Origin: an uncultured Rhodospirillaceae bacterium
GTDB taxonomy: Bacteria; Pseudomonadota; Alphaproteobacteria; JAEULC01
DNA length: 64,000 nucleotides
NCBI GenBank assembly: GCA_964393375.1
Contig: CAYMTM010000001.1
Coordinates: 258 to 64,257, forward strand
Direction of reading: 5' to 3'
Shown: positions 55,487-64,000 of the stretch, one piece after another
Layout of the letters: each line of letters starts with the position of its first letter
Numbering within the stretch: the stretch's first letter is position 1
Program-made: the position numbers and the translations under genes
Notes under the pieces: model-generated
Told to the model about the DNA's origin: nothing
Seen by the model: only the letters and a program-made list of their open reading frames with translations
Databases searched by the model: none

Positions 55487-55916
55487 CCCCGCCGGCGGAG
55501 AGGCCGCGCAGGACGCGCGGCTTCTCCGCACGCTGCCAGGGTTCGAGTTCCCAGGGCTCGTTGCTCGGCTTCAGCGCGCCGGCCCGGGCAAGGAAGACCA
55601 GCCCCGTCGCCGCCTTGCCGCCGGCAAGGCGCAAAGCCACGCGCTCGAGCGCGTAGTGCGGCCCCTCGTAGGCGACCAGCCGCGCGATCTCCGCATGGCC
55701 GAAGCCCGCGGCCAGCACGCCGTCCACCGTGTCGCCGGCCAGGCCCGGCACCAGCATCGGGAACCACTTCCCCACCACCCGCACGCGGCGGTAGCCCGCA
55801 AGCATCGCGGGCGTAACCGCCGCGTCCGGCACGGCACGACCGACGACGATGCGCCGGACGTCGGCGTCGAGCAGCGTGCCGTAGAAGAAGAATTTCGTCG
55901 AAGGTCCGAGCTTCAC
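55452..55916 (-). CDS. gamma-glutamylcyclotransferase-like (GGCT/AIG2 fold) protein
   Basis: The FFYGTL motif near the N-terminus (MKLGPSTKFFFYGTLLDADVRR) is the GGCT-like signature. Its 3' end overlaps the convergent GST gene by ~35 nt, so the true C-terminus is uncertain. Confidence 0.6.
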   Translation of the reverse strand: MKLGPSTKFFFYGTLLDADVRRIVVGRAVPDAAVTPAMLAGYRRVRVVGKWFPMLVPGLAGDTVDGVLAAGFGHAEIARLVAYEGPHYALERVALRLAGGKAATGLVFLARAGALKPSNEPWELEPWQRAEKPRVLRGLSAGGAMPPASTSLRP

Positions 55917-55923
55917 CGCAGCA

Positions 55924-57246
55924 TCACCCGGCCGGCGCGAGCGAGGCGCGGCCGATCGAGTGGTAGGTGAAGCCCTGGGCCGCCATGTCGGCGGGATTGT
56001 AGACGTTGCGCAGGTCGACGATCAGTTTCCGGCGCAGGAGCTGGCGCATCCGGTTCACGTCGAGCGCGCGGAACTCGTTCCACTCCGTGACGATCACCAG
56101 GCAGTCGGCGTCGGTCATGGCGTCGTAGGCATTTTCGCACCACGCCACGCCGTTCAGCAGCTTCCTGGCTTCCTTCATGCCCTCGGGATCGTAGACGCGC
56201 ACCGTGGCGCCGGCCTTGACGAGCGCCGGCACGATGTCGAGCGAGGGCGCGTCGCGCATGTCGTCGGTATTGGGTTTGAACGTAAGGCCCAGGACGGCCA
56301 CCGTCTTGCCCTGGACCGACCCGCCGCAGGCCTTGACCACGCGCCCGGCCATGGATTTCTTGCGCGCGTCGTTCACGGCGATCGTGGTCTCGACCAGCTT
56401 GAGCGGCGCGCCGAAATCCTGGGCGGTTTTGGCGAGCGCGAGGGTGTCCTTGGGGAAGCACGACCCGCCGTACCCGGCGCCGGCGTGCAGGAACTTGCGG
56501 CCGATGCGCCCGTCCAGACCGATCCCGCGCGCCACGTCGTTGACGTCGGCACCGACCTTCTCGCACAGGTCCGCCACCTCGTTGATGAAGGTGATCTTGG
56601 CGGCCAGGAAACTGTTGGCGGCGTACTTGATCAGCTCGGCCGTCTCCAGGCCGGTGAAGACGATCGGCGTCTCGATCAGGTAGAGCGGCCGGTAGAGCGC
56701 GCGCATCACCTCGCGGGCGCGGTCGCCGTCGGCACCGATCACCACGCGGTCGGGGCGCATGAAATCGCCGATCGCCGAGCCCTCGCGCAGGAATTCCGGG
56801 TTCGAGACCACGTCGAACTGGGCATCCGGCCGCTCGGCCTTGATGATCTTGTGCACCTCGCGTCCGGTGCCGACGGGCACGGTCGACTTTGTGACCACCA
56901 CGGTGTAGCGCCGGATCGACTGCGCGATCTCCTTGGCGGCGGCAAACACGTAGCTGAGGTCGGCATGCCCGTCGCCGCGCCGGCTGGGCGTGCCCACGGC
57001 GATGAACACCGCGTCGGCCTCGGCCACCGCCGGCCCCAGCTCGGTCGAGAAGCTGAGCCGCCCCGCGCGCACGTTGTTTGCGACCAGCGTGTCGAGGCCG
57101 GGCTCGTAGATCGGCATCTCGCCGCGCTTCAGTCCCTCGATCTTCGCCGCGTCCTTGTCGACGCAGGCGACATGCACGCCGAACTCCGAAAAGCAGGCGC
57201 CGGAAACGAGGCCGACATAGCCGGTTCCGATCATCGCGATGCGCAT
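55924..57246 (-). CDS. ugd: UDP-glucose 6-dehydrogenase
   Basis: Start at ATG 57246 with SD AAGAGG (MRIAMIGTGYVGLVSGACFSEFGVHV...). GGSCFPKD catalytic Cys. 441 aa. The upstream 630-aa extension in the track is rejected. Confidence 0.9.
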   Translation of the reverse strand: MRIAMIGTGYVGLVSGACFSEFGVHVACVDKDAAKIEGLKRGEMPIYEPGLDTLVANNVRAGRLSFSTELGPAVAEADAVFIAVGTPSRRGDGHADLSYVFAAAKEIAQSIRRYTVVVTKSTVPVGTGREVHKIIKAERPDAQFDVVSNPEFLREGSAIGDFMRPDRVVIGADGDRAREVMRALYRPLYLIETPIVFTGLETAELIKYAANSFLAAKITFINEVADLCEKVGADVNDVARGIGLDGRIGRKFLHAGAGYGGSCFPKDTLALAKTAQDFGAPLKLVETTIAVNDARKKSMAGRVVKACGGSVQGKTVAVLGLTFKPNTDDMRDAPSLDIVPALVKAGATVRVYDPEGMKEARKLLNGVAWCENAYDAMTDADCLVIVTEWNEFRALDVNRMRQLLRRKLIVDLRNVYNPADMAAQGFTYHSIGRASLAPAG

Positions 57247-57287
57247 GAACTCATACCTCTTGGATCCGGAACCGGCGCGCCGGCCGG

Positions 57288-58163
57288 CTAGTTGCCGGCG
57301 TAGGTCCTGACGATCGCCTTGACGTCCTTGGCCATGTCCGCGCGCGCCAGGGCATAGGCGACCTGGGCCTCGAAGAAGCCGATCTTGTCGCCGCAGTCGA
57401 ACCGCTTGCCTGCGAAGCGCAGCCCGTGGAACGGGTAGCGGCCGATCATCTTGGCCATGGCGTCGGTCAACTGGATCTCGCCGCCGGCGCCGCGCTCGGC
57501 CGCGCCCAGGTGCCGGAAGATTTCCGGCAGCAGGATATAGCGGCCGATGATCGAGAGGGTCGAGGGCGCCTTGTCCGGCGCCGGCTTCTCGACCAGGCCC
57601 CTGACTGCGGCAAGGCGCCCGTCGTCGGTCATCACATCGAGCACCCCGTAGCGCCTGGTGTGCTCGCGCGGCACGTCCATGACGGCCACCATGTTGCCGC
57701 CGGTATAGACATGGGCGTCGACCATCTGCTTCAGGCACGGCGTGTCGGCCAGCACCAGGTCGTCGGCGAGAAGGATCGCCACCGGCTCGTCGCCCACCAG
57801 GTTGCGCGCGCACCACACCGCGTGGCCCAGCCCCAGCGGCTCCTGCTGGCGGATATAGGCGACCTGGCCGGGCTTCGGCAGCATGGCGTGGATCGCCTCG
57901 AGTTCGACCTGCTTGCCGCGCTCCGACAGGGTCGACTGCAATTCGTAGCTGACGTCGAAATGATCCTCGATGGCCGACTTGCCGCGGCCGGTGACGAAGA
58001 TGAACTGCTCGATCCCGGCGGCCTTCGCTTCCTCGACCGCGTACTGGATCAGCGGCTTGTCGACGACCGGCAGCATCTCCTTCGGCATCGACTTGGTGGC
58101 CGGCAGGAACCGCGTGCCCAGGCCGCCGACGGGGAAGATCGCCTTGCGGACGGGTTTAAACAT
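57288..58163 (-). CDS. galU: UTP--glucose-1-phosphate uridylyltransferase
   Basis: MFKPVRKAIFPVGGLGTRFLPATKSMPKEMLPVVDKPLIQY is the canonical GalU N-terminus. 291 aa. Confidence 0.9.
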   Translation of the reverse strand: MFKPVRKAIFPVGGLGTRFLPATKSMPKEMLPVVDKPLIQYAVEEAKAAGIEQFIFVTGRGKSAIEDHFDVSYELQSTLSERGKQVELEAIHAMLPKPGQVAYIRQQEPLGLGHAVWCARNLVGDEPVAILLADDLVLADTPCLKQMVDAHVYTGGNMVAVMDVPREHTRRYGVLDVMTDDGRLAAVRGLVEKPAPDKAPSTLSIIGRYILLPEIFRHLGAAERGAGGEIQLTDAMAKMIGRYPFHGLRFAGKRFDCGDKIGFFEAQVAYALARADMAKDVKAIVRTYAGN

Positions 58164-58401
58164 GGGAGCGCATCACTTTTTTCGAGGGACAGCCGGAACC
58201 TGGCGGATCGCGCGGCGCGCGCCTGTCTGCCATAGCGCCTGCCGCGACGCAACATTCCAAAGCTCTGCTTAACAATGACTTAACCGCGCCGTCCCGTGAT
58301 CGAGGACACAACGCTAGCGTGATGGCCGGCACAGGTCGACCAACGCAATTCGCGTAAAACCGAGTGGCTAGTTCAACCAACGCCGACAGGGAGTCAGCGT
58401 C

Positions 58402-59061
58402 ATGTTCAGGAAGATCGTCCTCGCCGCGTTCGTTTCCATCTTCGCCCTTGCCGCCGTCACCGGCACCGCCGAAGCGCGGCCCGGCGGCGTGCTCGGCGGC
58501 GGGCATGGGCCCGGCGCGCTGGCCGGCGGCCCAGGCGGGCATGGCGGCGGCAGGATTGGCGGCGGGCCCTTGGCCAACGGGCCGCAGGAAGTCGGGCCCT
58601 CGGGAAAGCTCGGCAAGAAGCAGGGCGGGCCGCTGGCGCAGCGCCAGGGCCAGGGCAGCGGCCCGGCCAATCAACTCGCCAATACCCAAACGTCCCCCGC
58701 CGCCGTGACGAACAACGCGGCGAACACGGCGAGCGGAACCGCGACCGGCACCTATGCCGGCGGCAACGCGGCGACCGTCAGCGGAAACACCGTCAGCGGC
58801 AACACGACCGCCAGCAACAACCAGGTCAGCGTCTACGGCAACCAGGCTGCGGCCACCGGCACGGCGTATCCCTACCCGTACCCGTCGTACCCGTCGCTCG
58901 TGGTGGCGCCGACCGCCGGCACGTCGACCAGTTCCTCTTCGGGCACGACGACGACGTCCGCTGCGGCGCCCGCTCCCCAGTGCCCTGCCGGTACGTCGCT
59001 GCAGTCCGCGACCGTCAGCTCGACCGGCCAGACGACGATCGTCTGCGTGGCCGCGAAGTGA
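58402..59061 (+). CDS. secreted Gly/Ala/Thr-rich low-complexity protein
   Basis: Signal peptide MFRKIVLAAFVSIFALAAVTGTAEA, then GGxG and NT/SG repeats, with two Cys near the C-terminus. No family recognised. Confidence 0.45.
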   Translation: MFRKIVLAAFVSIFALAAVTGTAEARPGGVLGGGHGPGALAGGPGGHGGGRIGGGPLANGPQEVGPSGKLGKKQGGPLAQRQGQGSGPANQLANTQTSPAAVTNNAANTASGTATGTYAGGNAATVSGNTVSGNTTASNNQVSVYGNQAAATGTAYPYPYPSYPSLVVAPTAGTSTSSSSGTTTTSAAAPAPQCPAGTSLQSATVSSTGQTTIVCVAAK

Positions 59062-59215
59062 CGCGCCCATAGGCACGACCGCGACGCGCCGCGGTCGCGC
59101 GCGCGAAGGGAAAATGCCGGCCTGACCGCTAATTCCTCTTGCAATGTGAGGGGTTTTGCCCCATGTGAAGCGCCGCGTTTTCACTTCTGGGTCATCTGCT
59201 GGTTAGGATTGGAAG

Positions 59216-59701
59216 ATGGTGGAAGACATCACTTCCTTCCAATTGGGGATCGACTTGGACATCAAGCCAAGCAAAGCCCAAGCGGAAGTCGGTGCTGCGC
59301 GCGTCAACGAATTCGCGGCGGAGGATGCCAGCGACCATTTCGTCACGCGCGACGGAATGACGTTCGCCGGCACGCATCTGCTGGTCGACCTTTGGGGCGC
59401 CGAACGGCTGAGCGACCTTGCGCATGTCGAATCCGCGCTGCGCGAGGCGGTGACGGCGTCGCGCGCGACCCTGCTGCACATCCATCTGCACCACTTCACC
59501 CCGAACGGCGGCGTCTCGGGCGTGGCGGTGCTGGCGGAATCGCACATCTCGATCCACACCTGGCCCGAGCGCGGCTATGCGGCGCTCGACATCTTCATGT
59601 GCGGCGAGGCCGACCCGCAGGCGGCGGTGCCGGTGCTGGATCGCGCCTTCAAACCCTCGCGCATCGAGGTCGAGGAACTGCGCCGGGGCCGGGTGAAGTG
59701 A
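59216..59701 (+). CDS. speH: S-adenosylmethionine decarboxylase proenzyme (pyruvoyl-dependent, SpeH/SpeD bacterial type)
   Basis: Self-processing motif AESHISIHTWPE and the THLLVDLWG core. ATG 59216 has a good SD (AGGATTGGAAG) but gives a ~47-aa N-terminal extension relative to typical ~115-aa SpeH. An alternative start at ATG 59357 is possible. Confidence 0.75.
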   Translation: MVEDITSFQLGIDLDIKPSKAQAEVGAARVNEFAAEDASDHFVTRDGMTFAGTHLLVDLWGAERLSDLAHVESALREAVTASRATLLHIHLHHFTPNGGVSGVAVLAESHISIHTWPERGYAALDIFMCGEADPQAAVPVLDRAFKPSRIEVEELRRGRVK

Positions 59702-60549
59702 CGGAGTGGTTCGACGAAACGCTTTACAGGGACATAGGCCAGCGTTTCGCCGTTTCCAAGGTCATCTTCCGCGAGCGCACCGAGCATCAGGACCTGGTGA
59801 TCTTCGAGAATCCGGTGATGGGCCGGATGCTGGCGCTGGACGGCGTGATCCAGACCGCCGAGGGCGACGAGTTCGTCTATCACGAAATGCTGACCCATGT
59901 GCCGATCCTCGCGCATGGGGGCGCGCGGCGCGTGCTGATCGTGGGCGGCGGCGACGGCGGCATGGCGCGCGAGGCGCTGAAGCACCGGGCGGTCGAGCGC
60001 GTGACCATGGTCGAGATCGACCGCGGCGTGGTCGACCTTTGCACGACCTACCTTCCGTCAATCGGCGCCGAGGCGTTCAAGAACCCGCGGCTCGACCTGG
60101 TGATCGCCGACGGCGCGGCCTACGTGAAAACCTGCCAGGACCGGTTCGATGTCATCATCATCGACTCGACCGATCCCCAGGGACCGGGGGCCGTGCTGTT
60201 CACGCGCGAATTCTACGCGGACTGCAAGCGGTGCCTGGCCCCGGGCGGCATCCTGGTGACGCAGAACGGCGTGCCGTTCCTGCAGCCGGACGAGCTGCGC
60301 AACACGGCGCAGCGCCTGGGTTCGCTGTTCGCCGACACGGCCTTCTATGTGGCCGCCGTGCCGAGCTACTACGGCGGCTTCATGGCCTTCGGCTGGGGAT
60401 CGGACAACGCCGAGCCGCGCCGGGTCGGTCCGCAAGAGATCGCCAGGCGCTTCGCCGCCGCCGGGATCGCGACGCGTTACTACACCCCCTCGCTGCATGC
60501 CGCCAGTTTCGCCCTGCCGCGGTTCATCGAGAAGCTGACGGCGACGTAG
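59698..60549 (+). CDS. speE: spermidine synthase
   Basis: GTGA overlap with the speH stop. HEMLTHVPILAHGGARRVLIVGGGDGGMAREALKH and DVIIIDSTDPQGP are the canonical SpeE motifs. Confidence 0.85.
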   Translation: MTEWFDETLYRDIGQRFAVSKVIFRERTEHQDLVIFENPVMGRMLALDGVIQTAEGDEFVYHEMLTHVPILAHGGARRVLIVGGGDGGMAREALKHRAVERVTMVEIDRGVVDLCTTYLPSIGAEAFKNPRLDLVIADGAAYVKTCQDRFDVIIIDSTDPQGPGAVLFTREFYADCKRCLAPGGILVTQNGVPFLQPDELRNTAQRLGSLFADTAFYVAAVPSYYGGFMAFGWGSDNAEPRRVGPQEIARRFAAAGIATRYYTPSLHAASFALPRFIEKLTAT

Positions 60550-60895
60550 GTCGCGCTGTGGGCGCGAGGCGCCGCGCGCGTCCCGCCGGGCGGCACCGTC
60601 GACCAATCCGGTTGCTCCAATTGCGCCCCCGCAGGGGATTCCTCACGGGCTGGGACAAGCCGTCCGGCGATGATCGAGGCGCGCCAGGGCCGCGACGAGG
60701 CGGTTGAGCCGCGACCGTTGACAAAGTGGGCCGAAATCGCTTGTTATCAACACCTTAGAGCCAACGCTCGGGCTAGGCGGCGGCTCTTTGCCATTTCTTA
60801 ATGTGAGCCAAATCACGGGCTTGACCGCCGCACTGTGGTAGTCTGTCCGGCGTGAAATGTATTTCGCGCGGGCAACCGCGCGGGCGAGGTCGGCC

Positions 60896-63433
60896 ATGCG
60901 CACTCAGGGTTTGATACTATTGGCTGCAAGCCTGCTTGCCGCGGCTCCGGCCGACGCCCAGGTGGGCGTGCAGTTCGGCGGCGGCAGCCATCAGCGCGGC
61001 GGGGTGCTGTTCAACCCCGGCAAGGGCCGCGGCCAATTCCTGCTGGAGCCGACCCGGCCGTCGGACATGCGGCTGTGCGAGCAGGAGTACGGCCAGCGCG
61101 CGGTCGATGCCTGCTCCCAGGTCCTTGGCCGCGACCGCAACAACGCCAAGGCGCATCGGCTTCTGGCCGACGCGCTGCTGGCGACGGGCCGGCCGGACGT
61201 GGCGCTGGTCGAGTACAACGAGGCGCTGCGGCTCGATCCCGACATGGATGAAGCCAAGCGCGGCCGCGAGATGGCGCAGCGCTACCTGGCCGGCAGCCAG
61301 CCGCCGCCGTCGCCGCCAGCGCCCTACGTCGCGCAGCCCGCCCCGGTCCCGGCCTCGACGCCAACGCCTACGGTCGCCGCGGGCCCGCAGGACGGCGAAT
61401 GGTCGGGCCGGATGCTGCGCCAGTGCACCGGGTTCAGCGACGAGGGCGCATCTTCGGTGATGGTCTCGGGCAACCAGTTCTCGGGCGTGTTCTTCTCCGG
61501 CGGCGGCGGACGCGATCTGCGCGGCACGATCGCGCCGGACGGCACGGTCGAAGCCGCGGGCAAGGACACCGCGGGCAACCCCGTCGTCGTCAAGGGCAAG
61601 CTGCTCAGCGCGCAGACCCTGGTCGCCGAGGGCTACGCAGCCAATTGCAAGATGACGCTGGCGCTGGGCCGCGCCGGCGCGCCGGTGGCGCTGCCGTCCG
61701 CGACGGCCGCTTCCGCCGCGCCGCTTCCGGCATCCGCACGCGGCGGCTCGCCCTTCGATGGCGAGTGGTCGGGCACGCTGACCGGGCGCGCAGGCCACTT
61801 CCCGGTCACCGCCAACGTTGCCGACGGCAAGATGGTGATCCAGCAGGAACGCATGGGTTCGCGCATCGCGGCCCGCGGCGAGGTCGACGCCGGCGGCCAG
61901 GCGTCGCTGAGCGGGTCGGCCGGCGACGCCGCGACGCGCGGCGACAGCATGGAGATCAAGGGCACCTTCTCGGGCAACCTGTTCGTCGGCCAGGGCCGCG
62001 TCGGCGACAAATGGGCCGAGATGCGCCTGACGCGCGCCTCGCCGCCGCCCGCAGCACCGCAGGGCCCCGCGACGGCAGTGGCCCAGGCGGCGCCGCAGCC
62101 GGCGCCCCTGGCAGCCCCCAGTGCTCCACCCGCGCAGAGCCTGGCGGCGAACGCCGCGCCGATCGCCAGCCCGCAGGCCCCGGCGCCCGCGCCGACGGCT
62201 GCGCCCGCCACGAAGACCGCGGCGGCCGAACCGGCGCCGGCGCCAAAAACCTCCGCGGCGGAGCCCGCGCCGAAGCCGGCGCCGGCCGCGGCGCCCAAGA
62301 CCCAGACCGCCGCCACCACCGTCGCCCCCACGCCCGCGCCGATGGTCGACAAGCAGCCGCCGGCGATCACCGCCCCGGCGAAGCTCGAGACCGACGGGCC
62401 CGTGGTCGAATTGACCGGCAAGATCGCCGACGCCTCGGCCATCATCGAGTTCTCGGTCAACGGCCAGCCCGTGCCGATCGGCGCCGGCGGCGCGTTCAGC
62501 GTGAAGCGCGGCGTGCCGGTCGGCGCCAGCGAGCTGAAGCTCGCGGCGGTCGACGAATGGGGCAACATGTCCCAGAAGACGATCAGCGTGACCCGCCGCG
62601 CGCCACAGCCGACGACGCAGACCGCGACGGCGCCGACCGCCGACGAGCCCAAGGAAAAGCCGGTCCAGGTCGCCAGCATCGCCGACCAGCTGCGCAAGAT
62701 CGAGTTCGGCACCTACCGCGCGCTGGTGATCGGCAACAACAGGTACGCCAAGATCCGGTCGCTCGAGACCGCGCAGAACGACGCGCAGGTGGTCGGCAAG
62801 CTGCTGCGCGAGCAGTACGGGTTCCAGGTGACCACCCTGATGGACGCCACGCGCCAGCAGATCATGGAGGCGCTCTACAAGATGCGCGCCGAGCTGAGCG
62901 AGAAGGACAACCTGCTGGTCTACTACGCCGGCCACGGCGTGCGCGACGACCAGACCGGGCGCGGCTACTGGCTGCCCGTGGACGCCGATCCGGACCTGCC
63001 GACCAACTGGGTGCCGACGACCGACCTGACCGACGTGATCAAGGCGATGCGCGCGCGGCACATCATGGTGGTGGCCGACTCGTGCTACTCCGGCACGCTG
63101 GTGCGCAGCGTCACCGCCGGCATGCGCAGCGCCAAGGACGCGGACATCTCGGCCTGGGTTCGCCGGATCCTGGAGAAGCGCTCGCGCACCGTCATGAGCT
63201 CGGGCGGGCTCGAGCCGGTCATGGACGGCGGCGGCGGCGGCCACTCGGTGTTCGCCAAGGCCTTCATCGACGCGCTGCGCGAGAACCCGGACGTGATCGA
63301 CGGCCAGGGCCTGTTCGCCTCGATCCGCCGGCCGATCGTGCTCAACTCCGACCAGACCCCGGAATACTCCGACATCCGCCAGGCCGGGCACGACGGCGGC
63401 GACTTCCTGTTCGTCAAGCGCACGCCGAAATAG
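60896..63433 (+). CDS. secreted multidomain protein with C-terminal caspase (peptidase C14) domain
   Basis: ATG 60896 (MRTQGLILLAASLLAAAPADAQ signal).
- TPR-like segment (AKAHRLLADALLATGRPDVALVEYNEALRLDPD).
- Two homologous ~150-aa modules starting DGEWSGRM../DGEWSGTL..
- Long Ala/Pro-rich linker.
- Ig-like segment.
- Caspase core YRALVIGNNRY..YYAGHG..VVADSCYSG (His/Cys dyad). Confidence 0.75.
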   Translation: MRTQGLILLAASLLAAAPADAQVGVQFGGGSHQRGGVLFNPGKGRGQFLLEPTRPSDMRLCEQEYGQRAVDACSQVLGRDRNNAKAHRLLADALLATGRPDVALVEYNEALRLDPDMDEAKRGREMAQRYLAGSQPPPSPPAPYVAQPAPVPASTPTPTVAAGPQDGEWSGRMLRQCTGFSDEGASSVMVSGNQFSGVFFSGGGGRDLRGTIAPDGTVEAAGKDTAGNPVVVKGKLLSAQTLVAEGYAANCKMTLALGRAGAPVALPSATAASAAPLPASARGGSPFDGEWSGTLTGRAGHFPVTANVADGKMVIQQERMGSRIAARGEVDAGGQASLSGSAGDAATRGDSMEIKGTFSGNLFVGQGRVGDKWAEMRLTRASPPPAAPQGPATAVAQAAPQPAPLAAPSAPPAQSLAANAAPIASPQAPAPAPTAAPATKTAAAEPAPAPKTSAAEPAPKPAPAAAPKTQTAATTVAPTPAPMVDKQPPAITAPAKLETDGPVVELTGKIADASAIIEFSVNGQPVPIGAGGAFSVKRGVPVGASELKLAAVDEWGNMSQKTISVTRRAPQPTTQTATAPTADEPKEKPVQVASIADQLRKIEFGTYRALVIGNNRYAKIRSLETAQNDAQVVGKLLREQYGFQVTTLMDATRQQIMEALYKMRAELSEKDNLLVYYAGHGVRDDQTGRGYWLPVDADPDLPTNWVPTTDLTDVIKAMRARHIMVVADSCYSGTLVRSVTAGMRSAKDADISAWVRRILEKRSRTVMSSGGLEPVMDGGGGGHSVFAKAFIDALRENPDVIDGQGLFASIRRPIVLNSDQTPEYSDIRQAGHDGGDFLFVKRTPK

Positions 63434-63509
63434 CCGCAAGCGATTGACAGCGGCCGCCGCGCGACGGAATCTCCCCTCTCGGAAAACGCCAGGAACGGGG
63501 GCACGCACC

Positions 63510-63845
63510 ATGGCGCATTGGAATCGGACGGCGGCGGTCGCGCTCGCGACGATGGCGTTCGGGGCGTCGGCCGCGCTGGCAGACACCATGACCTACAAGA
63601 ACATGCCGGCCGACAAGGATATCGTGCTGTACCAGAGCGGCGACCGCGACGTGCGCTCGCGGGTGGCCCTGTGCTTCTGGTTCAAGGCCGAGCAGGGCAG
63701 CTTCAAGATCAGTTCGGAAAAGTTCCGCGAGCCGATCGAACTCGGCGGCGCCGACAAGCCCGAGCAGCGCGTGGTCTGTGGCGCGATCATCACCGTTCGC
63801 GCCGTGGGTGCGGAGAACGCGCTGCAGTATGCGGTGGTGAAGTAA
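63510..63845 (+). CDS. small secreted hypothetical protein
   Basis: 111 aa. Signal peptide MAHWNRTAAVALATMAFGASAALA. Two Cys. It lies downstream of the caspase-domain gene on the same strand. Confidence 0.45.
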   Translation: MAHWNRTAAVALATMAFGASAALADTMTYKNMPADKDIVLYQSGDRDVRSRVALCFWFKAEQGSFKISSEKFREPIELGGADKPEQRVVCGAIITVRAVGAENALQYAVVK

Positions 63846-63877
63846 AGCCGTCGCCCTTCGACGCTGCGCGACCGCCT

Positions 63878-64000
63878 CACGCCCAGAGGCGTTCCTTCTC
63901 CAGGCCCTTGTAGAGGTCGGCCACGTAGTCCGCGTAGCCGTTGAACAGCAGGGTCGGAATCTTTTCCTGCGTGCCGATGTCCGTCTCCATCGCCTGGCTC
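63878..64000 (-). CDS. 3' end of an unidentified CDS (continues beyond window)
   Basis: The minus-strand frame stays open to the window edge and ends ..IPTLLFNGYADYVADLYKGLEKERLWA* with a TGA at 63878-63880. There is too little sequence to name it. Confidence 0.35.

Noticed and set aside
60719-60750. possible sigma70 promoter TTGACA...TTGTTATCAAC upstream of the caspase-domain gene
   Set aside because: The -10 element is poor, and it lies >140 nt from the start. Not supportable without mapping data.
60917-63589. 890-aa minus-strand ORF, and 61399..63447 plus-strand alternative frame, over the caspase-domain gene
   Set aside because: Low-complexity Arg/Gly products with no motifs. The chosen frame carries a signal peptide, TPR and a complete caspase His/Cys dyad.
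1-64000. Search for tRNA/rRNA genes, CRISPR arrays, insertion sequences, integrases and phage genes
   Set aside because: No cloverleaf-compatible 70-90-nt segments were found in intergenic regions. The short tandem repeat at 39325-39410 and the long repeats at 41640/42380 lie inside a coding region and are not repeat-spacer arrays. No transposase-, integrase- or phage-like proteins appear in any frame.

Overview
This is a high-GC (about 65-70 %) bacterial chromosomal segment. Gene content looks alphaproteobacterial (a phasin, Zur-type operators with an ATGTTAT core, an SDR, Dpp/Opp and NitT/TauT ABC systems). I found no rRNA, tRNA, CRISPR array, transposase or integrase.

About 50 protein genes can be supported. 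Many of the very long ORFs in the six-frame track are antisense or off-frame artefacts of the GC-rich sequence.

The window breaks into these functional blocks:
- 1-2774: a 5'-truncated FAD oxidoreductase and gamma-glutamyltransferase (ggt).
- 2776-11290: an accessory glycosylation island. It contains a DUF6270-like protein and a 1207-aa protein whose N-terminus is galectin-like and which carries three glycosyltransferase domains in one chain. It also contains a DXD-type GT fused through a TM segment to a BNR-like propeller, and a duplicated GT2-like module. The island has an AT-rich 5' region.
- 11296-17535: a Dpp/Opp-type ABC operon (family-5 binding protein, two permeases, two ATPases) and an SDR.
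- 17545-29796: a probable creatinine / N-methylhydantoin-type catabolic island. It holds hyuA/hyuB, an IclR regulator, RidA, a creatininase, a NitT/TauT ABC importer, a cytosine/creatinine-deaminase-like amidohydrolase, an FAD oxidase and a flavodoxin-like reductase.
- 29793-36638: an exopolysaccharide-type locus. It has three SAM methyltransferases (one a TPR-FkbM fusion), a clearly AlgD-like GDP-mannose 6-dehydrogenase and a GT4.
- 36781-44418: a 2545-aa RTX (type-I-secretion-type) protein made of tandem ~247-aa modules, Ig-like repeats and a large non-repeat central domain. Two module cores are identical at DNA level over about 270 bp.
- 44575-44760: an AT-rich island with a 17-codon mini-ORF and a terminator. 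A phasin gene follows.
- 45434-52094: a zinc regulon with two Zur-box-like palindromes, znuC-znuB-znuA, an outer-membrane barrel, a His-rich COG0523 GTPase and a WD40 protein.
- 52091-60549: housekeeping and envelope genes (a DD-carboxypeptidase with a SPOR domain, an HxlR/GST pair, ugd, galU, speH-speE).
- 60896-63433: an 858-aa secreted caspase (peptidase C14)-domain protein.

The most novel-looking elements are the galectin-tri-GT protein island and the algD/methyltransferase locus with its RTX giant partner.
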